NCBI GenBank assembly: GCA_951406725.2
Contig: OX597818.1
Coordinates: 30,070,001 to 30,134,000, forward strand
Direction: 5' to 3'
Source of the DNA: Octopus vulgaris
Lineage: Eukaryota
Length of the DNA: 64,000 nucleotides
Part shown: positions 52,040-64,000 of the stretch, piece by piece
Position numbering within the stretch: the first letter of the stretch is position 1
Layout: each line of letters starts with the position of its first letter
Notes under the pieces: model-generated
The model's database searches: none
The model's input: only the letters and a program-made list of their open reading frames with translations
What the model was told of the DNA's origin: nothing
Position numbers and translations under genes: made by a program

Positions 52040-52569
52040 CCTCTTTCTTTCCTTCTTTCCTGAGCGTCCAATAATAGTATATTTGTTCCACATCCTCGCG
52101 TTGTTGTGTTTTTTTGTGCTTTCTTGTTTGGATTAACTATATATATATATATATATATATAAATAAAAAGGGGCAGGCAACAGGTTGCTTAGCCACATAC
52201 CGAAAAATCAGAAATAGCAAAGTCTGTTTATTTCTATTTTCTACAAATAAGACTCCACATACAATATATCCATGTAATTCACATATGTAAAACAGAAGGA
52301 AAAAATAATGAAAACAAAGTCTAGGGTTAGTTACGGATGCATTTCTGGATTAGAATTATAAACCAATTCATTTCCTTTCTCAGTGTAACATTCCACTTAA
52401 ATAGATTTACTTTATATACATAGATGAGTTGAAAACTTTCTTTTAACATTTCACTTAACGTCTATGTTCCATGCTGGCATGGGCCGGAGAGTTATTAATG
52501 TAGAAAGTCAGTATCTCAGCTACTAGCAGTTGAGACCAGTGAGCAATGCTGGATATTTCTGCTAGTATG

Positions 52570-52599
<30 letters not shown>

Positions 52600-52600
<1 letters not shown>

Positions 52601-53473
52601 CGTAAATCCTCGAGCATAATCCGCATTTTTTCCCCAAAATTTAAAGGTCAAAATCCCTAGTGCATACTATATACGAGGTTAAAAATGAAAATTATTTTCT
52701 AAGCAATGTCCAAGTCTCTATGTACTGTCCGGCAATGTTTTGTGATGTCGGGTGCGAAAATACCTTAAATCATCCATAACTTGCAGTTAGCAATATTTAT
52801 TAAATGTTATTACTGTTATTTCTTTATTTTCTGCAAACAAAATGCACAAAAAGGTTACACATTTGCATTATGTTATATATACAATAATAATAAAGGACAT
52901 TACCGTATACATTTTTACAAACCAAGGACGTTATATAGACCTCCTTGACTCAAGTTAGAGAAGGGGTGTGTATTATACACAAGATTTAAGTTTTTCAGAG
53001 GTACAGGCCCCTAAAAATCCCTTGCATATTATACTCAAAGGCAGACTATACTTGAGGATTTTATGGTATATATATACATATATGTATATATGTATGAAAA
53101 TTATTTTCTAAGCAATGTCCAAGTCTCTATGTACTGTCTGGCAATGTTTTGTGATGTCGGTGCGAAAATACCTTAAATCATCCATAACTTGCAGTTAGCA
53201 ACATTTATTAAATGTTATTACTGTTATTTCTTTATTTTCTGCAAACAAAATGCACAAAAAGGCTACACATTTGCATTATGTTATATATACAATAATAATA
53301 AAGGACATTACCGTATACATTTTTACAAACCAAGGACGTTATATAGACCTCCTTGACTCAAGTTAGAGAAGGGGTGTGTATTATACACAAGATTTAGGTT
53401 TTTCAGAGGTACAGGCCCCTAAAAATCCCTTGCGTATTATACTCAAAGGCAGACTATACTCGAGGATTTATGG
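52600..53473. mobile_element. Tc1/pogo-type MITE (52600-53066) plus tandem duplicate of its last ~400 bp (53094-53473)
   Basis: TIR CCGTAAATCCTCGAG / CTCGAGGATTTATGG within (TA)n. 52685-53090 is repeated at 53094-53500. Confidence 0.75.
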
Positions 53474-53796
53474 TATATATATACATATATGTATGTATAT
53501 GTATATACATATATATACATATTCACACACACACATACCTGTGTGCATATGTTACTAGTCCCCTTATCTTGACTTCACATGATATTATAAAATGAAGAAC
53601 ATTATCATGAAAGTGGTGTTCTTCATTTCCAGTCTTCTGTGAAAGCATATTTGGTTTTGAGGAAATATGGCCTTACTTGGAAATAAGTGAGGGTTGGCAA
53701 CAAGAAGGGGATCCAGGCATAGAATATCCACCTCACCCAATTCCATGTAACCCATGTGAGCATAGAAAAGTAAATATTAAACCGATGATGATGATG

Positions 53797-53861
<65 letters not shown>

Positions 53862-54817
53862 CTTCCAATACCCAGGACTTGTTTAAAAGTACTTGATAGC
53901 TTCTGTTACCTAGGGGATCTTATTAGAAGTGGCTGTGGATAATCTGAGAGCACATTAACCAGAGTAACAACTCGTTGTAGAAAGTTTAAAGAGTTATTAA
54001 CTCTGCTGGTAATACAGGGCTTTTCCTTCAGAGTAAAGGGCTGTTTATATGTTGCTTGGATGGGAAGTGCAGTTCTATGCAGTAGTGGAAGATGGGCTTT
54101 GTGCAGAGATGATCTGCAGATGGTGGAAGGAAATGAAGAAAGCATGCTCCACTGGATGTATAATAGTAGTGTGCATGAATGTCAGAACACAAATAATCTG
54201 AGAGAAAACTGAACTTAAGAAGATGCTTTGGCATGCATAAAGATATACTGTTCACTCAAAATAAATAGAACCTGTGGAAAATGGAAACCAAAGAAGACTT
54301 GGGACAAAATATTGAAGACAGATCTGAAGTTTTTACACCTTATGAAGCTGATAACAAGGGACGATTAATAATAGGCTGTGTGGAAGAAAACTTGTTAACC
54401 TGCCCATGCGTGGCAAAAATGAATATTAAAATTATGTATATGTGTGTACATATATATATATACAGGTATCACAAAAAAACAACATATTAAGCTGACAGCA
54501 CTTAACAAGGCAGACAAAATCCTTCTGAGTAAGGGTAGATAACTCTTACATGATAGTTTATTCTTGCTACTAGTTTAGCATAAGATATTTTCTTATTGCC
54601 AACCTTTAATTTGTCGTTAGCCCCCATACCATGTTTAAATTTTACAACTGGCATTTTAACTGCCTTTCTCAACATTGGATAATTCTATATGTCACAATTC
54701 AAAATAAAACTTAATCGTTTTTTAATCACAAATCGTTGTCTGTAGAGGGATTTATTCCTAAAGTGAAATTAAACGTGTATCCTTTGCGACGTAATTCTAT
54801 TCATGTTTTATTACGCA

Positions 54818-55654
54818 CTAGCAGCATAGCCCGGCGTTGCCCGGGTATGTAAGAGCCCCTAGTAGGCAACGACTAATCCCAATCTAGTCTTTTCCCCCTA
54901 GGGAACGAAGGCGCATGTGTAGGTTGCAATGTCTTCTCTTCACTCGAATACTTCTGTGTATACGATGTTCCTAGCTGTCCCTTTGGGCGAAAACATGAAA
55001 ACATCATTGCGCCTCCCAAGAGAGTTAAAAGGTCGAGTTGCGCCCCCTAGACAGTCTGTGGTTTGTGTTTAATACACAAATCGGTTTGCTATGTGTGCCA
55101 CATATGATTTAATTAACCGATTTTTTCCAGTAATAAAGTATCCTATTGGAATAAAAAGGGCCATATAGCTCCTTGGAGCAGACATGATGCTCGCTGTGAA
55201 TTAAAAAAAAATTCCTGTCAATTTGGTAAAGATATTGTCGAAAATATGTCATCTTGAACTTGAACGCGATTTCCCAAAATGGCATGATTTTATAGATTTT
55301 TTTCTGATGGTAAGGTATTGCATGGAAAACTAACGTCAGAATTAAGTTTCACCAGAATTAAGTTTCACATTAAGCTTCACCATGAGTTTGGTGAAAATCG
55401 ATTGCAAGTTGCGAAAACTACAACAGAAAATGTGTTGCATATAAGAAGCTTAGATTCTCGACCCCATGTCGAATTTATCAATTTTTTCAGAACTGGGGGA
55501 ACTTTTCAAAATTTTCGCTGCGTTAGTTTTGAATTATGACATTGGGCTATGTGTGTGTCAAGTTTCATCAGAATCGGTTGAAAGCCGTGGTGAGGGTGAG
55601 GGTACAACCTGACAGACACACAGACAGACAAACTGCCGTTTATATATAGAGAGA
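54818..55654 (-). mobile_element. Non-autonomous Helitron
   Basis: Minus strand: 5' TC after a host A, 3' CTAG before a host T, GC hairpin CCCGG-N6-CCGGG (54830-54845) 8 nt from the CTAG, no TSD. Confidence 0.8.
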
Positions 55655-57373
55655 TTACGTGTGCTGTGTCCAGTCATAATGAATGCCCTTTAAATTGCTT
55701 CTTGTTATACAGGGCAGTTTTTCTTATATAGGGCACTCAGTTTCATTAACATATGCAGTATTGGCAATCTGAATTCAACTCATCCTGTTCACTTGCAATG
55801 TAATGTTATTGAAGTTTTGCTACACATCTAATATTATTACTGTTTTGTTTGGTGCTTAATTATGCGCACTTCATTAAAATGTATTTAATGCAGGAAATAC
55901 TTGTTTGTGAATGGTTCCAGTATATGTTCATTAGGTAGTTTGTGTGTGTGGGTGTGCACGCACGCACACTCACACACATATATATATCCGTCACCGTCAC
56001 CGGTGCTGCTACACATCTCTGGTCACAATGCGCTTCAAATGACGCCACCAGACCAATAGAAGAAAGAATGAGCGAAAGTTGTGGCGAAAGAGTACAAGCA
56101 TGGATCGCCACAACCCCCTGCCGGAGACTCGTGGAGTTTTAGGTGTTTTCGCTCAATAAACACCCACAACGCCCGGTCTGGGAATCGAAACCGCGAGTCC
56201 GCTGCCCTAGCCACTGGGCCATTGCGCCTCACACACACATACAGGCGGCAGTGCTGGGCATGCACATCGTAGCAACAGTAAATAGATGTAGAATCACTGA
56301 GTACCGCATGTTTTGAACGACTAATCGTTGGTAAGTACCAGTACACGTAAAGTGTGTATATGCTTTATAGCTTAATGACAATGTCGAAATTGTACCATAA
56401 ATGTTATGACAGCCTCATTTGCCATAATATATGATACAATTTCTACATTGTCATTGCTTCTAATCCCTGTCAGAATCGGGCACAAATATCTTAGGAGCCC
56501 AGGTATAGGATCAAATAGCACGAATAATAGTAACGCGTGCTGGGTGAAAACTTAAAACGAATGCTAGTATACATGACTTGCTCACTACTGTATTCCCGAC
56601 TCCATTTTAATAGTTTCATTAGTTCAAGGGTTATCTCCCCTGTTTTTTTTTATTTTTTTATAAACCTGAGCTCTGCCGTTTTACTATTAAGTTTTCATAT
56701 AGCGAATATGTCGGTGTAATTTTACTCGGTTATCCTCAGGTTTTAGTATAGGAGAAAATATGGATAAGTTCAGTCAATTGGATTAACCATTTCATCACGT
56801 TGTAATTAATTAATATTTCTAGTGCTTATAAATTAAGCTTTTTTGCATTATACCTGGTCATGTTTTATAGTTATCTCCCCTGACATCTGTAAACCTAATT
56901 TAAAGACGTTTATGAATTTGGTTTGTAAGATTCCTGATGTGAGATGGTGTATTGAAACAGATATTGTTATATTTCGGAATGGTTAGAAAAATAAAAATAA
57001 AAACGACCATCTCGAAATATAATAAATTAAAAACCCTTATCAGAAAATTGAAGATCCTTTGCAAAAAATGAATTAATTGAACCAAAGAAGAAAAAATTCA
57101 AATTAATCCATTTTTAACATTATGCATATTTTAATAGTTTACGTGTCTTAGGTACAAAAACCTGTTTGCAGTATAATTTTAAAGAGCATAGTAAAATTAG
57201 CGCTATTACTAAACAAAAGGAGCAATTGCATAAATATGTACACAGCAAAGGGAAATATTCTTGAATCTTAGAGTATCCATTATATCAATTACAATAAGTT
57301 CTTTCCACATATCGCCAGAATAAAACGTTTTCATGGGAAGACAATTCCAAAATTACTTAATCCTTTGCCTATA

Positions 57374-57655
57374 ATGGGGGTCACCAGTGACTTCCTACAC
57401 TGCCATGGATGACACCGATAATTCACAAGGGTGATTCTTTTTTTAATGGAACCTCATATTACTGTGGATCAAACTGCATTATTCAAATTTAGAAAATGTA
57501 CAGAATACATATTTCTTTGTATTTCTCGGATGGTTCGATATGAGAAGGGTGTAACCTAGTTATCTCCATCAACGGAGCCCCCGATAAAACCTTGGATATT
57601 TTAACGTGTAACGCCAGTGACTCGATGTCCCTTGCGAGTCACTGGTGATACCCAT
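57374..57655. mobile_element. Candidate MITE
   Basis: 19-bp inverted termini ATGGGGGTCACCAGTGACT / AGTCACTGGTGATACCCAT (17/19 match). Confidence 0.4.
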
Positions 57656-58567
57656 GCTTTAAATCAATGTGGTAGTTTATTCAGTGAACTGGAATACACA
57701 CAAATATATACATACATGCATATATATATATATGTTTCTTTTTAAAAAGAAAAATATGCGTTTCGAATTTATAACAAAATTAGATCGCTAGCGCAAAATG
57801 GACTCAATAGGTAAAGAGGTTGAATTTCATCCACCCAATTGGCGTTTTTGAAATTTTCAAAATGTGTACTTCTAATTTAGTTTTATATATTGATGACGAA
57901 AATCACATTCATTTTTTTTTTTTCTAGAAATGAATAAGAAGTTACGAGCATTTAAAGTTTTATATTTTTAAATTATCAGCAGCCTCCATTTGGCGATATA
58001 TCGTGTGCTGATCACCATTGCCATGGAAATGAGCCCAAACCTTTATACATGCTCTTTTAATCTGCTAGAAATAGCAGCCAAATGTTCATGTAACTACATA
58101 ACTTCTAAAAAACAAAAAGGATGAAACCTTGTGCCGCAGCACTGTTTAATTCCTCACTTGTGACCGGTTGACTTAAGTCAGTCCCCGCGGATGTAATCTT
58201 TTATCGATTTCACAACCCTCGAAAACTCTAAACAAGGTTTAAATACCAAACTTTGTGTATAGTTTTATTATAAGAAAAGAGAAAGTATACCTAATATCGA
58301 TCTGTGGGGCCCAATAAGTGTTTTGAGGGTCATAAGTTTGATAAAAGATTACGTCTGTGGTACAATATTCATAATTTTCGAGGTTCGCGAATACAATAAA
58401 GGATTACATACATGGGAATAACTTAAACACTTGGGCATGCCTGAGACTTTTGTGATGCAATGCAGCATCAAAACAATATATTTTAATAATTAGGTGAAAA
58501 TTGTGAAACTTCATAAAAGAGAATAAAGACAAGGACAGTTATATATTTGAGAGATGAATTATGTACA

Positions 58568-58756
58568 TTATTTACATTTAACGGATATTTGTCCTCATCT
58601 TGTTTGTTGTTAACACATTTCGACTGATATACTCTTCTAGCCTTCTTCAGGTGTCCTGGGGACCCCAGGACACCTGAAGAAGGCTGGAGAGTATCAGCCG
58701 AAACGTTGTGTTAACAACAAACAAGATGAAGACAAATATCCGTCAAATGTAAATAA
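58568..58756. repeat. ~190-bp imperfect palindrome centred on 58662, built from two back-to-back Penelope-type terminal sequences
   Basis: Arms are reverse-complementary over ~94 bp; centre CCTGGGG-A-CCCCAGG. Confidence 0.88.
58669..58712 (+). ncRNA. Minimal type I hammerhead ribozyme candidate
   Basis: GACAC (stem I) CTGAAGA A GGCTG-GAGAGTAT-CAGCC (stem II) GAAAC GTT GTGTT (stem I'). Conserved CUGANGA and GAAA boxes. Confidence 0.65.
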
Positions 58757-59141
58757 AGACAAGGATGTTATACATACACACAGATTTTAACAAGCATAAA
58801 GCCTGAAGTGGGGAAGGAGCTAGTCGATGAAATCAACTTCAGTAAGTGACTCGTACTTTGCTTTATTGACTCAGAGGGCGGAGGACGTCAGTATGAGGCA
58901 AACTTGGTTTGAACCCAGAATGCAATGAACCGAAGAAACACCGACGCTCTTACGATGCTGCAAATTCATCACCCTTTTGTCATTCCGAGCATCAAGTCGC
59001 AAAATTTGGAGAAGGAATTGGTCAATTAAACCGACTCATAATTGACTGATACTTCTTTCATAAAGTTCGGCAGGATTAAAACTCAGTACATAAAAATAAT
59101 AAAACATAACTACTCGGAGTTTAGTATATACACAGAAAAGC

Positions 59142-59477
59142 GGCATAACTACAGATTTCTGCACTCACCCCCAACTTTGGATGTTCATAACTTTCAGAAA
59201 AATGGATATTTTTCAATGAAATTTTCTCTGAATATGTATTATATCATGTAGATTCCGAATATATATTTTTTTTTTGGGGGGGGGTTTAGGAGGGGGGGGG
59301 GAATTTGGGAAAATTCACCGGAGTCCACTTCATTTGACTTAACTTTCAAGAAAATGGATATTCAGAATCTACATGATATAACACATTTCGTAGAAAATTT
59401 CATTAAAAAATATCCATTTTTCTGAAAGTTATGATTATCCAAAGTCGGGGGCGGGGGCAGAAATCTGTAGTTATGCC
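59142..59477. mobile_element. Long-TIR (foldback) MITE
   Basis: GGCATAACTACAGATTTCTGC...GCAGAAATCTGTAGTTATGCC, arms >100 bp. Imperfect TSD AGAAAAGC/AGAAAGC. Confidence 0.8.
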
Positions 59478-60132
59478 AGAAAGCAATAACACATAATTAT
59501 AAATGTTGTAAAATATTAATATCCAAGATGACAATAATAATCCAGTATTTTATGGAATACCTCGCCATATCGCGGTTTATTATTTAAGCTTTCGTCGATT
59601 CCTCGGTGGTGTTGTTTCGCATTTATAATAAAATAAAAATATACAAATTATACACAGATAAATAGAAACACGGGAAAGTAAAAAATGATTTCTGATATAG
59701 GTACACATGATCAGAGAAAGATGTGTAATGGTCAATGAAGAAATGAAAAATCAACTTCAGCTAGATCTGAACTCAGACAGGCTACAACTTTTGGGGGAAA
59801 AGAATAAGCGATTTATTTGACATAAACACATGAGTGGTGGTACTTAATTTACTGAAAGTATGAACGGTAAAGTATACCATTTATAAAGGAAAGCGAAGGA
59901 CGGTCGACGGGATTCGAACGCAGAGCAGCAAGAGACATAAACAAACACTGCAAGGTATTTTGGCAGTTGTTTTTAATAAGACTCGATTCCATAAGTTCTT
60001 TAAACAAAAGTCTTCTCCAAATCTTACCGAAGGCAATAAAAACAATATGAATTCAATAATAAATTATACATCACATAAATTGAAAGAAAAAAAAAATCAA
60101 ATGTTTTTGTAAAGATTTTCGATTTCAGGTTA

Positions 60133-60426
60133 TTAGCGTATTATTTCAAATTTTTTGAATTTTAAGGTTGGGATAAAAACTTCTTTGGAAAATTCACATT
60201 TTTCGATAGATGAAGAAGGACTTCCTTCTTCTGATAACCACTTTTTCATGGGGCTGATTTGCTCTCTTGAACCCTGAATGACGCCTTTCACAGTCTTCTG
60301 GTTAGTATTCATTACCCAGCCGACTACATTCAACTCTTTCGCTTTAATTTGAGTACATTTGCGGAAAAATACACCTTGAACTTTACCAAAAACTTCGTAG
60401 TTCACTGTTACAAATTTTCCAGACAT
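60133..60426 (-). CDS. ACYP: Acylphosphatase, 97 aa, uninterrupted CDS
   Basis: YEVFGKVQGVFFR phosphate-binding signature with catalytic Arg, GWVMNT with catalytic Asn, GSPSS motif. Typical length for the family. Confidence 0.95.
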   Translation of the reverse strand: MSGKFVTVNYEVFGKVQGVFFRKCTQIKAKELNVVGWVMNTNQKTVKGVIQGSREQISPMKKWLSEEGSPSSSIEKCEFSKEVFIPTLKFKKFEIIR

Positions 60427-62360
60427 ATTTAAATTTTGAAAAGGAAAATGTAAGCGTTGTGCTATCAGACAGCGTCATTAACGGTAACAAGGTAACATAT
60501 ATTGCGTCACCGTTATTATAGTCAACTATGGTAACTCGCCCTTAGATTGGTATTCTTCAATTAGAAAAGACCTAAAAAGTAGTCCAAGGCGGTAAAATCA
60601 CGTTACTAGGCGACAAGAAATATTTCTTAACGAAAGCACTGTGTAACAGAAATCCTGATCCCTTGAAATCCCTGGATGTATGCAACAAGAAAAATACGTA
60701 CATAATGAGTGTGTTTGTAAAAATAATGTTCAAATACTCTGTCTACGCCTTCAGATGTCTGCTCTGTCAGAACTCATGAGGTTTAACAACATAGTGGTTA
60801 TATTTGTGTATATTCTTTTGTTTAATTCAGAATAAATTTTGACTGGATACCTGGAAAGTAAGGCCAATATACAGTTTGAGACCCGTTAACGAAAACAAAA
60901 CAGAAAAAAAAAACCCAGCCTACCAGATGTAAAAAAATGTGTAGAAAACGAATATGAAAAAAAATTATGAGGGGAAAAAATGGATCGTATGAATTTTCCG
61001 ATAGTTCTCTCCCCACCCCTTCGGAAAAATTTTCTGCAGAAATTTCTTTATAATCGTAATTTGTGTCATTTGAACGGTATTTTTATAAAATTTCATCAAT
61101 ATGTATCTGTAGCGAATCCTGCAAGCATGAAGTGGATTCGATCCACCGTAGCCAAATTTAAATCAACACTGCCACAGAACTTTTCCCACGATGGAACAAT
61201 GGTTTTTCTCTGACAGCAGTTATTACATTTTCCAGATGCCTTTAGCTAGGCCAAAATAATGTCTTCACCACTTGACCCTTTCTAACCTCTTCTACTTCAC
61301 CAAAAGCTCGAATAGATAACGAGACCACAAACTAAATCTATTGTCCTCAATGATATATCTATCCTTCTGGATCTTTATATAAGCAAGCACATCCCAAGCA
61401 AAAATCACTTAGTCACCAGCCAATGATGACTCAACGAGGTGTGGCTGACCAACCTTGGTCAGAGGGAGAAAGCAACTGTGAGACAAAACCATACAACTCT
61501 CTCTAGCTCTAATTCTGTTCTCCTACAACAACATTTTATCTCTCTCTAATTACTACGAACTATAAGTATACTGCAGCAAACTATGTAATGAAACATTCTA
61601 CCGCATCTAACTTTCGCATGCTTTTGGATTTATCAACTTGCTCGTCGAGGCAAGGTATTATAACGTAACGGTAAATAAACATATTTCTTTAAACTTCAAT
61701 CATTGTTCATTTTTACACATATTACAACTTGTCGTTTTAACACCAAATTATTATCGTCACACTTGCTGACTCCAACATTTCTTCATAATATTGTATTCCA
61801 AATCAAATATCTACCGTTACAACTATTGCTCCGTTACATATCTATTTTCCTGAAAGTTATGATGGGAAAATCAGATCTTGTGAATTTTCCGAAAATCCTC
61901 TCCCCAACCACCCACTCCGCTTTCGTTCGTTTGCGCAATTTTTTTTCATATTAATTTTCTACACATTTTTTTTACATCTAAGTAGAATAGGTTTTTTTTC
62001 TTTCGTTAACTGGTCTCAAACTGTATATTGAACGAAAGTAAAATTTTATAACCTCACCCCCACACTTTTTACCAAAAGGGAGAAAAAAACCACGATTTTT
62101 CACGTGGAATCAACTCCCCTGAACTACTTTCCTGCAAATCCCCTATTTTGATGATTCAGAAAAAGGTGGGGGCGACACCTCTGCAGCCTGGATATTTTGG
62201 AAAATATTTTTTATTTTTGGTGATAAGTGTCGGGGTGAGGTAAAAATTTACCATTTCCTCATCACCACAGGTTGATTCCATGTGAAAAACCTTGTATTTT
62301 GGTGGAAAGCTTTGTGGTGAGGTGGTAAAAATTTACCAGAGAGGTATCTTGTTTTATTCC

Positions 62361-63240
62361 TCATCCTTTAAATCTTAAGGTCTTGCAAACTTTAATAGTC
62401 CCAGATATTGTGATCATTTGTAGTGCATGAATTAAGGATTTGTGTTCTCTCTCCAAGAACCCAAGTTCAGTCATACTTAACTCCAGACTGGTTGGTGTGT
62501 ATCCTGTTACTCCAATAATAATAGGTATATGAAGCTGAAAGTGTATCATGGGTACTGAATTTGCAAACTCTTTATCAGTGGTCCACAGAGGTTCTCTTTT
62601 ATATTTTACTAACCACATTGGTGTCCAGCTAATTTCCACAATGGAACATATCTCTTCCATGTGGTTCCACACCACAATATCTTGCAATTTGTGGTTTAAC
62701 TTAGTGGCTGTTTTAATTTTTTTAAGTTCCACCAATATTCTTCTGACCCATCAGTCTCAATATAGTCAACTTTGTCTGTTTTGTTTTTTATCTTCTTCCA
62801 GACTGTTCTGGCCACCTCCTCATGCATCATTGGCAGATAAAACCTTCCTTGATAGCAGCAATTCATCTCCCCACCAGCACTATATAGTGCTTTCTTCCTC
62901 TGATAAATTATCTACCCTTGGGGACAGATCTGTATCAGGTCTTATTTCATGTCCCCTCAAGTTTATTGAGCTATCCTAATTATGTTGTTGATTTCATGAT
63001 CACAAACTTGAGTGAGATTGTTACTGGCTTCTTTCCTCTGTTGCAGATGTTGTTTCAGTGTCATAATACATGCTTCATGTGACATCAATACAGATTTGTG
63101 ACCATGGCCACCATCCTTGTACGGGAAGTATAGTCTGTCTACATCTCCATTGATAATGATGTTTCCTGTAACACTGAGCAGCTTGCAGATTTGAACTTGA
63201 GTTCTTGTAGTGACCAGTCCAGAAAGCCAAATGTAGGTGT
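62361..63240 (-). mobile_element. Decayed REL-type (R4/Dong-like) LINE fragment
   Basis: DVDRLYFPYKDGGHG, KLQDIVVW, IPIIIGVTG. Confidence 0.65.
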
Positions 63241-63244
63241 GAGG

Positions 63245-63930
63245 ACAGGCTCTGCAAAGGTATGTATGTAGAAACATCAGCTACCAAAATTGAACTGCGC
63301 ATGAATGCCAAGAAAACTGAATACATGGCTTTCAACCAATCAAGTGATGCTGAACAGTTTGCTTTGAGTGGTTTGAAATAGAATGATATTGAAAGCTTCA
63401 AGTACTTAAGTGATGGGTGAACAGTTTGGAAACAGACATCAAGGTTGGGAAGGCACAGACTAAAGAGAGTCTGGAACTCCATATTGCCCAGGCAAATCAA
63501 AATCAAGCTGTTCATTGCATCTGTCAAATCAATGCTATTATATGGCAGTGAAACATGGGTACTGAAAATGAAATTATCAAATGTGCTTTTACACAAGGAT
63601 GCTACAAATGGCCCTAAATGTGAAATAGCTGCAACAGACAAATGAATACCTTTATGGAAACTTGTTGAAAGTTAGTGAGAAGATCAGACAAAGATGGCTG
63701 TGACTATCTGGTCATTGTGTGCACCACCCTGAACTGAAAGCATCCAAATTAGTCATATGGAACCTACTTTGCGGTGTTATAAGAAGATGCACACATCATC
63801 GCACTTACATTGACAACTTGATAACAGACACTGGCCTGGAATGTATCCAGGACTGCAAGGCAATGATGTTGAACCAAGAAGTGTGGCAGGTGGACTTTGT
63901 TGCTGTGAACCAGGTTGGAACTCGGCTATA
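63245..63930 (+). mobile_element. Decayed RTE-group LINE 3' part
   Basis: LRMNAKKTEYM, FKYL, SMLLYGSETW; (TAA)n tail at 63929. Confidence 0.65.
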
Positions 63931-64000
63931 ATAATAATAATGGTTTCAAATTTTGTCACAAGGCCAGTAATTTTAGGGGAGGGGCTAAGTTGATTACATC

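Noticed and set aside
56250-56340. Plus-strand first exon ending at a GGTAAGT donor
   Set aside because: No downstream partner exon or convincing ORF found in the window.

Overview
AT-rich, microsatellite- and transposon-dense eukaryotic DNA. The SINE, RTE-tail and microsatellite make-up looks like a coleoid cephalopod such as Octopus (inferred, not proven). Most of the supplied ORF track is repeat noise. Two real host loci were found by reading splice sites. (1) A minus-strand, five-exon gene at 37027->17150 (GT-AG, phases 1/1/0/1 all consistent) encoding signal peptide + divergent MAM-like domain + Thr/Pro mucin stalk + TM helix + short tail. Its last exon has two frameshifts. A tandem paralogue starts at 4673 and runs off the left edge inside a recent duplication of at least 5.8 kb (1-5803 vs 32376-38141), and a third, orphan signal-peptide exon lies at 7230-7296. 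(2) An intronless acylphosphatase CDS at 60426->60133. The rest comprises RTE LINEs (one with a 7-fold amplified, pseudoknot-rich 3' UTR), R4/Dong-like LINE pieces clustered in (TAA)n tracts, a Penelope-like element, hammerhead-ribozyme-like motifs, mariner, maT (DD37D) and Tc1 relics, a non-autonomous Helitron, MITEs and SINEs. All alignments and counts were done by eye, and TE boundaries without TIR/TSD support are approximate.
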